Source: a cyanobacterium endosymbiont of Rhopalodia gibba (GTDB lineage: Bacteria > Cyanobacteriota > Cyanobacteriia > Cyanobacteriales > Microcystaceae). From it: a DNA stretch of 64,000 nucleotides. The notes beneath the pieces were generated by a model. It saw nothing but the letters and a program-made list of their open reading frames with translations. It had not been told where the DNA came from and did no database searches. The position numbers and the translations under genes were made by a program. Shown here one piece after another: positions 34,718-47,169 of the stretch (within the stretch, counting starts at the first letter, position 1; each line of letters starts with the position of its first letter). The DNA is taken from NCBI GenBank assembly GCA_045159875.1, contig CP067995.1, forward strand, positions 352,001 to 416,000. The letters run 5' to 3'.

Positions 34718-36253
34718 TCAAGATTGGTTCCTCCGTTTTGGACGTCCTAAAGTAGTAATATAAAGGACCACTTCCTCGGGGGGAATTCCTAAGACTTCAT
34801 TGACTTGATCATCAAAAAATCCTCCTATTCCACTCACCCCTAAATCTAGATAAATAGCGGCTAAGTTTAGTCTTTGTCCAAGATGTCCTGCATCTAAATG
34901 TAAATAACGATAAGCACGATCACCATATTTAGCAACAGCTTTTTGAAGATCAGCTGTATGAAAAACTAAGGACCCCGCATCCCGTCCTAGATCCTGTCCT
35001 AAACATAAATAATGTAGTTCTTGTCGAAAGTTTTTAAAGCGAATTTGTCTTAATTCTTGCGCTTTTGGCGCATAATAGTAACACCCTTCTTCTAAACCCG
35101 TAACCCCAGAAACAGCAATAAACGTTTCGATCAATTCCAAATCAAAATAGTCAGGATTAGGGTCTAAATTTATTTTTTTATAATCTTGAGATTGATAGGT
35201 AAAATTTAGTAGGGATTTAAGTTCATTTAGGGTTAAATTTTCTCCTGTATAGGCACGAGTAGATCTCCGTTTTAAAATAGTGTTTTCTAAGTTAATTAGA
35301 TCATTATTCCAGTCAAGAGGTGATGTTTGAGTAGAAACTTTCAAACAAAACGGAAAATTATATTTATCTTCTAAATTTGATAGATTCGAGGTTAAAGATG
35401 GAGACGGTTCTGCGTCTCTAATTTCAGTTGCTTGATGGAAATAAGAAAGTAATTTCCCGTCATCAATAGGGGGATAATCAGTATGAATTTCTGAGGAAAA
35501 AATAGTTTTTTTTGGTAGATTAAAGAGAATTTGATTACCGTTGGATATATCCTGAAGGGAAATAACTGTAATAGCAGCTTCTTGATCAGGCTCAAGATAT
35601 AATATGCGGTTAATCATCTGATCTACAAATCCCCCAATCAAATGAGGACGATATTGATTGATAGCACAAGCTAATTCAATATTACCTAACAAGTGTCCTG
35701 TATCTAGCATTATTCTGCGATAAGCTCGATCCTCATATCGCCAAGCTGACCGCTCAAAAACCGCTGTTGTGATTATGGCTAGTTGGGTATCTTTTAAGCT
35801 TAAATCTTCAAAACAGGCCTCTTGTAAATCAGACCAAACATCATTTTCCCAAAAATGAATGAGGGAGTGAGTGTTAGATTGGTAGTTATACAAACCTGAA
35901 GGAAAAAAAGAAGTTCCCCGAGAAATCAGATAGACTTCCGCAGGGTAGAGTCCTCCAGCTGAAGGGACGGTCCTTAAATATAAAGGGGTTCCCATGGTAG
36001 CAACTTTAGCCGTCAAGCCATAACTACAAGTGAGTAAACGAGATAAACGTCGCCATTGTCGGGCTAATTCATCTTGAGGGTATTTTTCTGAGAAATAGGT
36101 CGTAAGATCATACAAGTTACCAACTTTATATTGTTTAAAAACCGAGGGTTGTTTTGACGAATCTAATCCTTTATTTTTGGTAGCAATGGTTTCAGGATAG
36201 TACTTAGTTCGTTCGTGATAATGGGTAGCAATCGAAATTAGCTGATCTGACAT
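34718..36253 (-). CDS. SagB/ThcOx family dehydrogenase (tandem nitroreductase-fold, FMN-dependent)
   Basis: YHERTKY, LRTVPSAGGLYPAEVY, RRSTRAY and KYGDRAYRYLHLDAGHLGQRLNL motifs. Confidence 0.9.
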   Translation of the reverse strand: MSDQLISIATHYHERTKYYPETIATKNKGLDSSKQPSVFKQYKVGNLYDLTTYFSEKYPQDELARQWRRLSRLLTCSYGLTAKVATMGTPLYLRTVPSAGGLYPAEVYLISRGTSFFPSGLYNYQSNTHSLIHFWENDVWSDLQEACFEDLSLKDTQLAIITTAVFERSAWRYEDRAYRRIMLDTGHLLGNIELACAINQYRPHLIGGFVDQMINRILYLEPDQEAAITVISLQDISNGNQILFNLPKKTIFSSEIHTDYPPIDDGKLLSYFHQATEIRDAEPSPSLTSNLSNLEDKYNFPFCLKVSTQTSPLDWNNDLINLENTILKRRSTRAYTGENLTLNELKSLLNFTYQSQDYKKINLDPNPDYFDLELIETFIAVSGVTGLEEGCYYYAPKAQELRQIRFKNFRQELHYLCLGQDLGRDAGSLVFHTADLQKAVAKYGDRAYRYLHLDAGHLGQRLNLAAIYLDLGVSGIGGFFDDQVNEVLGIPPEEVVLYITTLGRPKRRNQS

Positions 36254-36539
36254 AAAATAAAATTATTACAATGAATGGCATTCCAAGTTTAATTTTAAAC
36301 TTTATTTCTTGGAGTCTCACTTTACATTAAAAGTTAATCATCTGGCAGGACGCTTAATGGTCTTGACGGGAGATAATTGGTGATGATGATTACAATGCTT
36401 CTATACTAACCTTATTGACAAAATCCTAATATCATAAATAATGTTGTGCATTTAAACCATTTAGATATAAGACTAAATAGGTATCACTTCATATAATTCC
36501 TGTTTTCCTTGATAAAACTGATTATATTCAACGTATAGT

Positions 36540-36608
36540 ATGGTTTTCTATTTTTTTCTTAACTGTTCCTTGTTCCTTATTCCTAATTTTCAGAAAATAG
36601 AAAACCAT
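36540..36608. repeat. Perfect 15-bp inverted repeat enclosing heptamer repeats (TGTTCCT-like x3)
   Basis: atggttttctatttt / aaaatagaaaaccat, with tgttcct tgttcct tattcct in the loop. Confidence 0.85.
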
Positions 36609-37407
36609 TTGACAAATAATGTATAGATATCGCCGAAGGCTATTATTTCCTCACTATAATTTTTTCTCAAGATAAACTCTCTGGTAGGGTTCAACTGACT
36701 AGAAAAATTATTGGTTTAATTTGGGCTAAAATAATATCAGTATGCAAAGATAATATTATATTTATGAATCTAGTACAAGGTTAAGTTAATAAATAACAGA
36801 ACTTGTCTGATTTTATCTAAAAGGGTAAGATTATGTTCAGGGAAAGAGGTGAAAATCATTTCACCTTATTAAAGGAGGAAAGTCTAATAATTGTTAAATT
36901 TCATCAAAGAACTAGGAATTTAGAATATATTCCCTATGCTAAAACAAGTATAATTAAACCTTTTATTCAGTTTTAATATTATCTCTCATCATATAGAATG
37001 ATTTTTTCTTTGTTTTACTCTACGGAATTAATTTCTGTTTTTTGACTTGTATATAAATACAACTTATTAGATTCTACACATAAACTAAGACGTGCTTTTT
37101 TATTTCTCTGGCTTATTTTTCTTGACGACATAGATTAATTTTTGTATCTAATTCTGTTAGCCTAATTTTTAGAAAGACTGGCACTTAGCGATAATTTTTT
37201 TTAAAAACCTTTGCGTTTTATACTTATTTTATTTCACCTACTTATAAAAAAGTAAACTAAGTTTATCTATCAAAAAAAATCACAATAAATCTGTTGAATT
37301 ACATCAAATTTTAATAAATTTAGGAGAATAGTGGATAGACATTGAAGATGAAGTTTTTAAGCCTTAATCTCAAGTAAGAGAAGTATTGTTTACCCTAAAA
37401 TCATACT

Positions 37408-38325
37408 TTAGAAATCAGGAATTTCCATTGAGCCCTCACTCACTAAAACCGACGATCCTCCAACCTTAATTTCTCTAATTTGTCCTTGTTTTTTTTTGGC
37501 AATTATCTCCAAAATACTCGGCCTTCCCATCTCAAAACCCTGTTCCACTCTCCACTTTAAGGTTGTATCAGGAATCTCCTCTCGAATAGCTAAATAGCCT
37601 CCTAACGCTGCTGCTGCTGATCCAGTGGCAGGATCTTCGAGAATTCCCATGGAAGGAGCAAACATCCGTGCTCGCAGATCAGATCCTTCCCTTTCAGGAT
37701 CAAAACAAAAAACGTAGACAGAAGGGGCCCAATGATTTGCCAAAATATGTTGCCAGCAATCACGGTTAAATTGAATATGTCCTAATGCTTCTCGGTTATG
37801 AAGGGGAACAAATAAAAAAGGAACTCCACAAGAGACTCCTTGGATAAAATATTTATCGTCTCGAAAATCAACAATTTTTAACCCTAAAATTGAGGCTAAT
37901 TCGATTACTGAGGGGGAATTGTTATTAAACGTTGGAAGTTGGGCAGCTTTCAATTCTGTATAAACTGGTTTTCCCCTTTCAATTTGTATTGAAACAGATA
38001 TTAATCCTATCCCTTCTTCTAAAAGAAGAGTCTGCTTTTCTTGAGAAATGGCAATCTCTCCAATAAAGCTTAAAACATAGGCAGTTCCTATGGTGGGATG
38101 TCCAGCAAAATAAAGTTCGGTTGTAGGAGTAAAAATCCTGAGTTTTCTGGTTCCTTGAGAAGTTTGGGGCGGAAAAACAAAGACCGTTTCCGAAAATTTG
38201 AATTCTGCGGCAATTTTTTGCATCTTATGAGTGGTTAACCCTTGAGAATTCGGAAAAACAGCTAACTGATTTCCTCCAAAGATTTGATCAGTAAACACAT
38301 CGGCTGTATAGAACTTATACTTCAT
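37408..38325 (-). CDS. PhzF family phenazine biosynthesis-like isomerase
   Basis: DVFTDQIFGGNQLAV, FSETVF, ELYFAGHPTIG, EDPATGSA and EQGFEMGRPS motifs. Confidence 0.93.
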   Translation of the reverse strand: MKYKFYTADVFTDQIFGGNQLAVFPNSQGLTTHKMQKIAAEFKFSETVFVFPPQTSQGTRKLRIFTPTTELYFAGHPTIGTAYVLSFIGEIAISQEKQTLLLEEGIGLISVSIQIERGKPVYTELKAAQLPTFNNNSPSVIELASILGLKIVDFRDDKYFIQGVSCGVPFLFVPLHNREALGHIQFNRDCWQHILANHWAPSVYVFCFDPEREGSDLRARMFAPSMGILEDPATGSAAAALGGYLAIREEIPDTTLKWRVEQGFEMGRPSILEIIAKKKQGQIREIKVGGSSVLVSEGSMEIPDF

Positions 38326-39134
38326 TTTAGCTTAATTATTTCTATCGTATTCAATTAATTGGGATCATTTTAACTATTAAAATATTTTGGCATTGATTAA
38401 ACTCAATTAAATCTATTAAATAGATAATATTTCTAAATTTATTTATTAACTCTTCCCAATCTTACTCCACTATACTTTAGCTTTTAATAAAGCAGTTAGA
38501 CTTCCATAGATTCAACTCAATGTCGTTCAAAGAACATTTCTCACCTTGGGTTATTTATTAACCTATCTTTTTTAAGAATTTTATAATAGTTGCGATAGTT
38601 ATTCCAATCCCGAAGCTAAATATTTACGGTGAATTTTAAAAATTAAATTTGGAAACTTAGAATTGGTTAAAAATTGCTTATACCAGAAAGAACTAACTCT
38701 ACAAAATTTTACTTTTCTAAATTTGCTACTATAAATTTTTTGAAAAAAGCTCGATTTATACTTACTTGTTAACACATGTTTTAATTTACTCTTAAAAAAG
38801 AGCTAATTAAAATATATTTTTAGTCCAAAAGTGATTGATAATCTATAGAAGTTTTACTTTGACTATATTCTATAATTCAAAAGTATATAATAACTATTTT
38901 TTTTATATTAAAAACTTTGTAAAGCAAGTTTTTAAACTTTTGTTTATTATTATGTTTTTACAGCTAGTCTAAAGAAGGTATAAAAATGACAAATGAGTAA
39001 CCTATTGAATGACTCATTCATAAGCTTGATCTTCTAGACAAGAAGAAATCTATTAAGGTATTATAGTGATTGTTTTTTATGTTATAAGCATATATAACTA
39101 CTCAATAGATTATTGTTCATTACATAATTAATTT

Positions 39135-40226
39135 ATGCTAAAAGCTGGAATCGTTGGACTTCCTAATGTTGGTAAGTCAACCCTATTTAACGCCTTAGTT
39201 ATTAACGCTAAAGCAGACGCAGCAAACTTTCCTTTTTGTACTATTGAACCGAATGTAGGGGTTGTCGCAGTTCCCGATGAACGTTTGGAAGTATTAGGCA
39301 AGTTATCTAAATCTGAAAAAATTGTTCCCACCCAAATTGAATTTGTAGATATTGCTGGTTTAGTAAAAGGGGCTAGTCAGGGGGAAGGTTTGGGAAATCA
39401 ATTCTTAGCTAACATACGAGAAGTAGATGCTATTGTCCATGTAGTTCGTTGTTTTGATGATGATGATATTATTCATATATCGGGTTCAGTTGATCCTACT
39501 AGAGATATCGAAGTCATCAACTTGGAATTAGCTTTAGCCGACTTATACCAAACGGAAAAACGCTTAGAACGAGTTCGGAAACAAGTTAAAGGGAAGAGAG
39601 ACGGAGAAAACGAAATATATACTTTAGAGAAGATTATTGCCGCACTTAATAAAGCAGTTGGGGTGCGTCACGTAGACTTAACGGAAGAAGAAGAAGAGTT
39701 TATTAAATCCTTGGGATTATTAACAAGAAAACCTATTATTTATGTCGCTAATGTTTCTGAGGATGACCTAGCTACGGGAAATGACTGGGTTAAACAAGTT
39801 GAAAAAACAGCGAAAGAGCAAAATGCCAAAGTCGTTATTGTTTCGGCTCAGGTAGAATCAGAATTAGTAGAGATTCCTGGTGAAGAAAAAGCCGACTATT
39901 TAGAATCATTAGGAGTAACAGAAGGTGGACTGCAATCCTTAATTAAAGCCACCTACGAGTTATTACGATTACGAACCTATTTAACCACGGGACCTCAAGA
40001 AACTCGCGCTTGGACAATTCGCGCTGGGATGAAAGCGCCTCAAGCAGCAGGAATCATTCATACTGATTTTGAAAAGGGATTTATTAGAGCTGAAACGGTC
40101 GCTTACAATGACCTAGTAACCTGTGGAACTATGACAGCAGCTAAAGAAAAAGGGTTAGTTCGTAGTGAAGGGAAAGAGTATGAGGTTAAGGAAGGAGATG
40201 TTTTATTATTTAGATTTAATGTTTAA
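39135..40226 (+). CDS. ychF: Redox-regulated ATPase YchF
   Basis: GIVGLPNVGKSTLFNA, NFPFCTIEPN, DIAGLVKGAS and C-terminal TGS domain. Confidence 0.99.
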   Translation: MLKAGIVGLPNVGKSTLFNALVINAKADAANFPFCTIEPNVGVVAVPDERLEVLGKLSKSEKIVPTQIEFVDIAGLVKGASQGEGLGNQFLANIREVDAIVHVVRCFDDDDIIHISGSVDPTRDIEVINLELALADLYQTEKRLERVRKQVKGKRDGENEIYTLEKIIAALNKAVGVRHVDLTEEEEEFIKSLGLLTRKPIIYVANVSEDDLATGNDWVKQVEKTAKEQNAKVVIVSAQVESELVEIPGEEKADYLESLGVTEGGLQSLIKATYELLRLRTYLTTGPQETRAWTIRAGMKAPQAAGIIHTDFEKGFIRAETVAYNDLVTCGTMTAAKEKGLVRSEGKEYEVKEGDVLLFRFNV

Positions 40227-41295
40227 TAATGATATTAGAGAAGGGTAATAATCATTTGTGCTACTTTAGACTAAATTAGTAGTCGCATAATCCACCGAAG
40301 ATCGGGTTTAAACAACGACAAGAGTTTAGGGTCCTGTACATTAGTCAATACACCCTAAGGGACGGAGAAAGGTCGCAAAATGACCAAAATATAGACTTTT
40401 AAATAAGTGGAGAATGGACAATATGAGTAGATAGTGTATAATTTTTAAAAAAATTCATAAACAGGAGATTTTGTAGCTTGTTGCTCAAAGTTACCAGAGT
40501 GTAATTCTTTGGGCTCTTTTTCAAAAAATCTTACAGATTCTCCCGTAAGTTAATTTTACTCTTCCCTCTTTTTTTAAAATTTTAGATAGTTGTTGCTTAT
40601 TATTAAGTGATTGTTTTCTATTCCTTGAAAAATGTGTCTGGGAATTGTTTTTCTAATAGTTCTACCCAATATGCAATTTCTTTAACTTTTTATCCTCTTG
40701 TATCTTAGACATGAAATTCTGGTTTTAATTCTCGTTCTGGAGAGAGTTTCCGGATTACAATTCAATTTTAATGGTATCTGTTTTTCTAATTCTATCAGCC
40801 AAATTTTTAGAAAAGCTAGTATTTAGTGATCGCTCTTTTTAAACTACTCTTCTATTTTATGTTTGTTTGAGCTTACTTACTGAATGATTATTGATAGACT
40901 ACTTTTTGCAACAAAACCAATTTTATAATTCACCAGGAGCACCACCGAGAGCTTTCAAGTCTCAACTTTCTAAAATTTTCTGTCAACTGTGCTAGGAAGT
41001 TTCTAGAAATACGTTGCGCCACTATTAGCTGAGTTAATCAACGATGGGGTGAAGTAGATTATAAGAACCAAAGAGAAAGTCAGAGAACTGATGGACGAGA
41101 AACATCTAACAGATGAATAATATTTATGAAAAAATGATCAATTAAGCAGTGGAAGCTGACAAAGCTTTTGCTAAAGAAAAGTCCAAAGAAACTGTTAGAG
41201 AGTTATTGACCCAATGACACCAATATGAAGAAGTAGCAGTTGAGGATAAGATGTTGCATCGTGTGGTTGAAGAAGTTTAATAGAATTGAATTTTC

Positions 41296-41344
41296 TTAAC
41301 AACCTACATAAGGTGGACATTGCCCACCTTATGTAGGTTGTTAA
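41296..41344 (-). terminator. Perfect 21-bp-arm hairpin right after sqdB (probable terminator, REP-like core)
   Basis: ttaacaacctacataaggtgg-acattgc-ccaccttatgtaggttgttaa, 11 nt downstream of the sqdB stop. Confidence 0.8.
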
Positions 41345-41355
41345 ATCGATTGTTC

Positions 41356-42516
<1,161 letters not shown>

Positions 42517-42664
42517 TCAATAAATTATTTTGCCAATTTTCGGTAAAAATACCAGATCTTGATGCTTTTTAAACCATTTGATCTTGATAATTTGTGCCTG
42601 ATACAACAGTTTACCATCTTCTCTGAAGAGTGTTCTTATAGATTGTGTTCATCTCCTAGGAAAT

Positions 42665-43600
42665 TTATTGCCTATCAACTTTGAGTGACAGCTCCGATTC
42701 TGGGTGCAATGTTTCTCCCTTCAATGGAGGAAGGACAGGGAAAAAAGGCTGATGAAGACTAATTAACTGAGCTAAGACTTTCTTTAATTGAGTACGGGGA
42801 ACAATCGCATCAACAAAGCCATGTTTGAGCAAATACTCAGAGGTTTGGAAGCCTTCAGGGAGTTTTTCTCGTAAGGTTTGTTCAATAACCCGTCGTCCAG
42901 CAAAGCCAATGGTTGCTTTGGGTTCAGCTAAAATAACATCCCCTAACATAGCAAAACTTGCCGTGACTCCCCCAGTAGTAGGATGGGTTAACACTGGAAT
43001 GTACAGTAATTGTTTGTCCCTATACAATGCTAGGGCTCCAGAAATTTTCGCCATCTGCATTAAGCTTAACATTCCTTCTTGCATCCGTGCCCCTCCTGAA
43101 GCACAGACAATGACAACGGGTAATCGTTCTTGGGTAGCATATTCAACCAAACGACAAAGTTTCTCCCCAACTACTGAACCCATACTTCCCCCCATAAATC
43201 GAAAATCCATTACACCGAGAGCTAGGGGTAAACCATCGACTAATCCTGTTCCTGTTTGTACTGCATCAATCAGTCCTGTTTTTTCCTGAGTATCTTTGAG
43301 TCGATCACTATAGGGTTTGCGATCAAAAAACTTTAGGGGATCAGTGGGTCTTAGATTTTCATTAAGGGGTTTCCAGGTTCCATCATCGATTAACTGAGCA
43401 ATCCGTTCGTCACTGTCTACCCGCATATGATGACCACACTCAACACAAACGAGTTGATTGGCTTGAAGATCTTTCGTATAAGTAAGAGCATCACAAGCAA
43501 CACATTTAGTCCATAATCCATCAGCAATTTCCCGTTCTTGTGTTTTTTGAATAATGGGTTCAGATTTTTCTCGGTTAGCAAACCAGTCTAATAGAGACAT
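42665..43600 (-). CDS. accD: Acetyl-CoA carboxylase carboxyltransferase beta subunit
   Basis: LWTKC zinc finger, [22 protein letters not shown] and [11 protein letters not shown] motifs. Confidence 0.99.
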   Translation of the reverse strand: MSLLDWFANREKSEPIIQKTQEREIADGLWTKCVACDALTYTKDLQANQLVCVECGHHMRVDSDERIAQLIDDGTWKPLNENLRPTDPLKFFDRKPYSDRLKDTQEKTGLIDAVQTGTGLVDGLPLALGVMDFRFMGGSMGSVVGEKLCRLVEYATQERLPVVIVCASGGARMQEGMLSLMQMAKISGALALYRDKQLLYIPVLTHPTTGGVTASFAMLGDVILAEPKATIGFAGRRVIEQTLREKLPEGFQTSEYLLKHGFVDAIVPRTQLKKVLAQLISLHQPFFPVLPPLKGETLHPESELSLKVDRQ

Positions 43601-45706
43601 ATAAATTTCAGTAATTAAATTAACTAATAAAGTTGTGATCTACCGTAGATTTAATCTTCTTCAGGTAAACTTAATAATAACAAAGCCGTTTTCAATCACA
43701 CGACTCGATGTATCATACACAACTAACATTTGTTGCACATAACCTTCACTGCATTAACTCAGCTTTCCAACGATAATTAACAGTCCTTACTGTAATTCAA
43801 GATACAGAGCTTATTTTATCAGGAGTCATTAGTCTTTAGAAGTTAATCTTTAACTATAACGAAATAATGAGTAGTTAGATATAAATAAACGAGACTATCT
43901 TGGTGCGGGTTTGGCAGGGTTTAAAAACACTTTTCTTTATTCTCCTACTTCGCGAAGCATCTTAATAATCCCATTGTTCTAAGTTTGTTTCATCGACAAA
44001 CTGTTGTGCGAACTGTTTAGGAGAACCATTTTGAATAAATGGTAATTTTCTCCTGGTTTTCGCCCCATTGCCGATAATACAATCACATCTTTCCAAGATA
44101 TGGCTAAAATTGCCCCTGATACCGAGGTGGGTTCAAGGAAAAATAGTTTCTGACGAGAGCTTAATAACCTGAAAACTAAAGCCAGACTCCCTGATAACAG
44201 TAAATATTTTCAGCTTAATTAACTCCTCATTATTTTTTTTTGTATGTGTCTCCATCTCTCATTTTCAATAGTTTTAACACTATAATTAACACAATATTAA
44301 TTGCAGGTAATGACCAAACTTTAGTTTTACTGGACTTGTCATTTTAAAATAAAAAATATAAATAAAAAGTTTGATTGATACTTATGGAATCAATGAAGTG
44401 AGTGAACAGGGAATAGGAATGATTCTCAAAGATTTAAGTTAAGAATTGCAGATAGAAAGAACTCAGACATTAAAACAGTTGGTAATTGATGTAGTTGTTG
44501 TGGTTAGAGTACAAAAAAGTTATTATGTTGGTGTTTATAGATGTTAATAAGTACAGTAAAATAACTAGAAGTTAGGAAAAAATAGTTTTGAGCAAGATAG
44601 GAAAGATTAGTATAAGTCTTGGAAAACTCTCTAAAATGTTATTAATAGCAGATAGACTTCATGTGATAAAACAAGTTAATGCTTAATTAGCTCATCCAAA
44701 GAAAATACTTAAATGAGGAATTAAACGATTTAAAGATATTGATAAATAAATTATATTAAAAATTAGATAAAATCAGATTTATTTAGTTTAAAAAAAATTT
44801 AAGTAAAGAATAAAAATCCCAATTAAAACAGGTGGATAAAACGCAGCTAATCCTTCTGACAAGGTATCAGCTAAAAAGAAAAGAGTACCTGAGAAAATTT
44901 ACAAGAAAAACTCACACTAGATATCAGGACTATAGGAATTAGATGACTAGTATCGTAGCTAAAAGGACTTAAAACAATCAGGTATTGGATTACGGAGAGC
45001 ATTGCCTATTTCGACTCAGGAATAGCTCAAAGAAAACAAGTATTAATGACAAAAAAATAAAGTTAATTGAAAGTAGAACTTATAGATTTGTATAGTTAAA
45101 ATTCTGTCAATTTTAAAATCATAAAACTTTGGGGTTAACACTTCATTCGTTAATACTAAATCATTAGTTCAGCATAATCTAAATTTTTAATACAGCCCTA
45201 CCAATTTCTGTCATTCAGTTAGAGAATATTTACAGCTTACCAACCCCAAACAACTTCAAATTTTAACCTCAGCACTAACCTTGATTCCGTTAAAATTCTA
45301 GACAAGATCATGGCACCAAATCAATTAAGGAGAGGGTGATTAACTAGCTACTCAAAATCGAGTAACCTACATAGGTTTAGTAAAACTACAAAAAGAGCCG
45401 AAAAAACACTAGTCTGGTCACTACTCCTACCAACATATAATGCGCTTAATATAATAGAAGTCCGACATCAACTACAAGGTCTTGATCATTATAATTATTC
45501 TAACACTGGAATATTTTTAGGTTTTCCTAGTTGATGACAACGACTATAACATTTTAGATAATGGTATGAAGAGTAAAGAAAAGAAAGTCTTTCTAGCGAA
45601 CGATAAATGATAACGTTGATAAAACTACTGATATAAGTCCTAAAAGCTGAAGATATAATCAGAGCTTATAATTAAAGAGATGACGCAACATTTAGGAGTA
45701 GCGATC

Positions 45707-47011
45707 ATGGTCAGAATTATTAAACTTGCTCAATTAACCTCCGAAGAACTTGCTGTCTTGCACCGACGAGCAGAAGTTGATGTCGATCAGATGCTGCCTA
45801 TTGCTAAGCAGGTAATTGATGCGATCATCCAAACTGGAGATGCCGGAGTGATTAAATATGCCCGTAAGTTCGACTATTCAGAGGCATCGGTAGACAACAT
45901 TAAAGTGACAGAAGCGGAATTTGCCCAAGCACGGGAGTTAGTTGAACCAGACGTTAAAACCGCTGTTGAACAGTCATTTCGCAACATTAAAGCTGTTCAT
46001 CAAGGACAAATGCCAGAACCGATACATCTAGCTGAAATTGATAAGGGCATTTTTGCGGGAGAAAAAATAACCCCCATTCCTAGGGTAGGATTATATGTTC
46101 CTAGGGGTCGTGGGGCGTTCCCCTCAATTATGTTGATGTTGACTATTCCGGCGATGGTAGCAGGGGTCAAAAAAATTGTAGTTTGTACTCCTCCGGATAA
46201 ACAAGGGAACGTGGAACCCATTTCCCTATTGGTGGCCGAAATGGCCGGGGTTAAGGATGTCTATAAACTCGGTGGAATCCAAGCATTGGGGGCGATTGCC
46301 TTGGGGACTGAAACTGTCCCTAAAGTCGATAAACTTATCGGACCGTGCAGCATTTACGGAGCGGCCGCTAAACGAATTTTAGTTGGTAGAGTAGATGTGG
46401 GACTTCCTGCAGGACCGAGTGAAAGCATCATCTTAGCTGATGAAACTACCGATCCTCAATTAGCCGCGGTGGACTTACTAATTGAAGCCGAACATGGTTC
46501 GGACTCGGCAGCATTATTAGTTACCCACAGTGAAACGGTTGCTCAAAAAGCCCAGAAATTTATCTTAAAATACCTTAAAAAACTTCCTCAATGGCGCAGA
46601 GAATTTTGTGAAAATGGATTAGCTTCTTATGGGGGAATTGTATTAACTTCAAGTTTAGAAGAATCAATTCAGTTTATTAATGATTATGCCCCTGAACATT
46701 TAGAAGTATTGGTGTCAGATCCCCTCAGTTTACTAGGAAAAATCAATAATGCTGGGGAAATTTTATTAGGGAAATATACTCCCTCTTCGGCCGCTACCTA
46801 TGCCATTGGCGTTAATGCCGTATTGCCCACGGGAGGCTTTGCCCGGTCTTATTCGGCGGTGTCCGTGTTTGATTTTGTCAAACGCTCGACATTAGCTTAT
46901 TTAACGTCTGAAGGCTTTGACAAAATTAAACAAACTGCCGAAACTTTAGCTAGTTACGAAGAGTTTCCCGCTCACAGAATGGCGATTGAAGAAAGAAAAA
47001 ACCTCTTATAA
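45707..47011 (+). CDS. Histidinol dehydrogenase homolog (divergent HisD paralog)
   Basis: GLYVPRG, PAGPSE, EAEHG, APEHL and VLPTGG give the HisD fold, but several canonical ligands are changed. ATG 45707 has an AGGAG RBS (ORF track starts at 45680). Confidence 0.85.
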   Translation: MVRIIKLAQLTSEELAVLHRRAEVDVDQMLPIAKQVIDAIIQTGDAGVIKYARKFDYSEASVDNIKVTEAEFAQARELVEPDVKTAVEQSFRNIKAVHQGQMPEPIHLAEIDKGIFAGEKITPIPRVGLYVPRGRGAFPSIMLMLTIPAMVAGVKKIVVCTPPDKQGNVEPISLLVAEMAGVKDVYKLGGIQALGAIALGTETVPKVDKLIGPCSIYGAAAKRILVGRVDVGLPAGPSESIILADETTDPQLAAVDLLIEAEHGSDSAALLVTHSETVAQKAQKFILKYLKKLPQWRREFCENGLASYGGIVLTSSLEESIQFINDYAPEHLEVLVSDPLSLLGKINNAGEILLGKYTPSSAATYAIGVNAVLPTGGFARSYSAVSVFDFVKRSTLAYLTSEGFDKIKQTAETLASYEEFPAHRMAIEERKNLL

Positions 47012-47169
47012 ATCTTCAAGTCTCAGAACAGCTAGGAAACTTAAAGTTAACTCGGACCGTCAATAAAATCATAACGTTACCCGATCTCGTCTTGATAGAG
47101 TAACGCTATTGATTGCAGTTATGTTTTGTTCTTGTCACCAAATACTCTAACTTCTGTCAGCACAAACTA

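Noticed and set aside
36320..36540. Possible Uma2 endonuclease remnant
   Set aside because: Only a faint N-terminal resemblance, too degraded to support.
34718..38325. RiPP or phenazine biosynthetic cluster (SagB-like plus PhzF)
   Set aside because: No YcaO, precursor peptide or other phz genes. Both families commonly occur as stand-alone genes in cyanobacteria.
43880..45050. Coding-like fragments between accD and the hisD homolog (also 27800-28500, 40270-41280, 52960-53160)
   Set aside because: Probably pseudogene debris, but no family could be assigned by eye.
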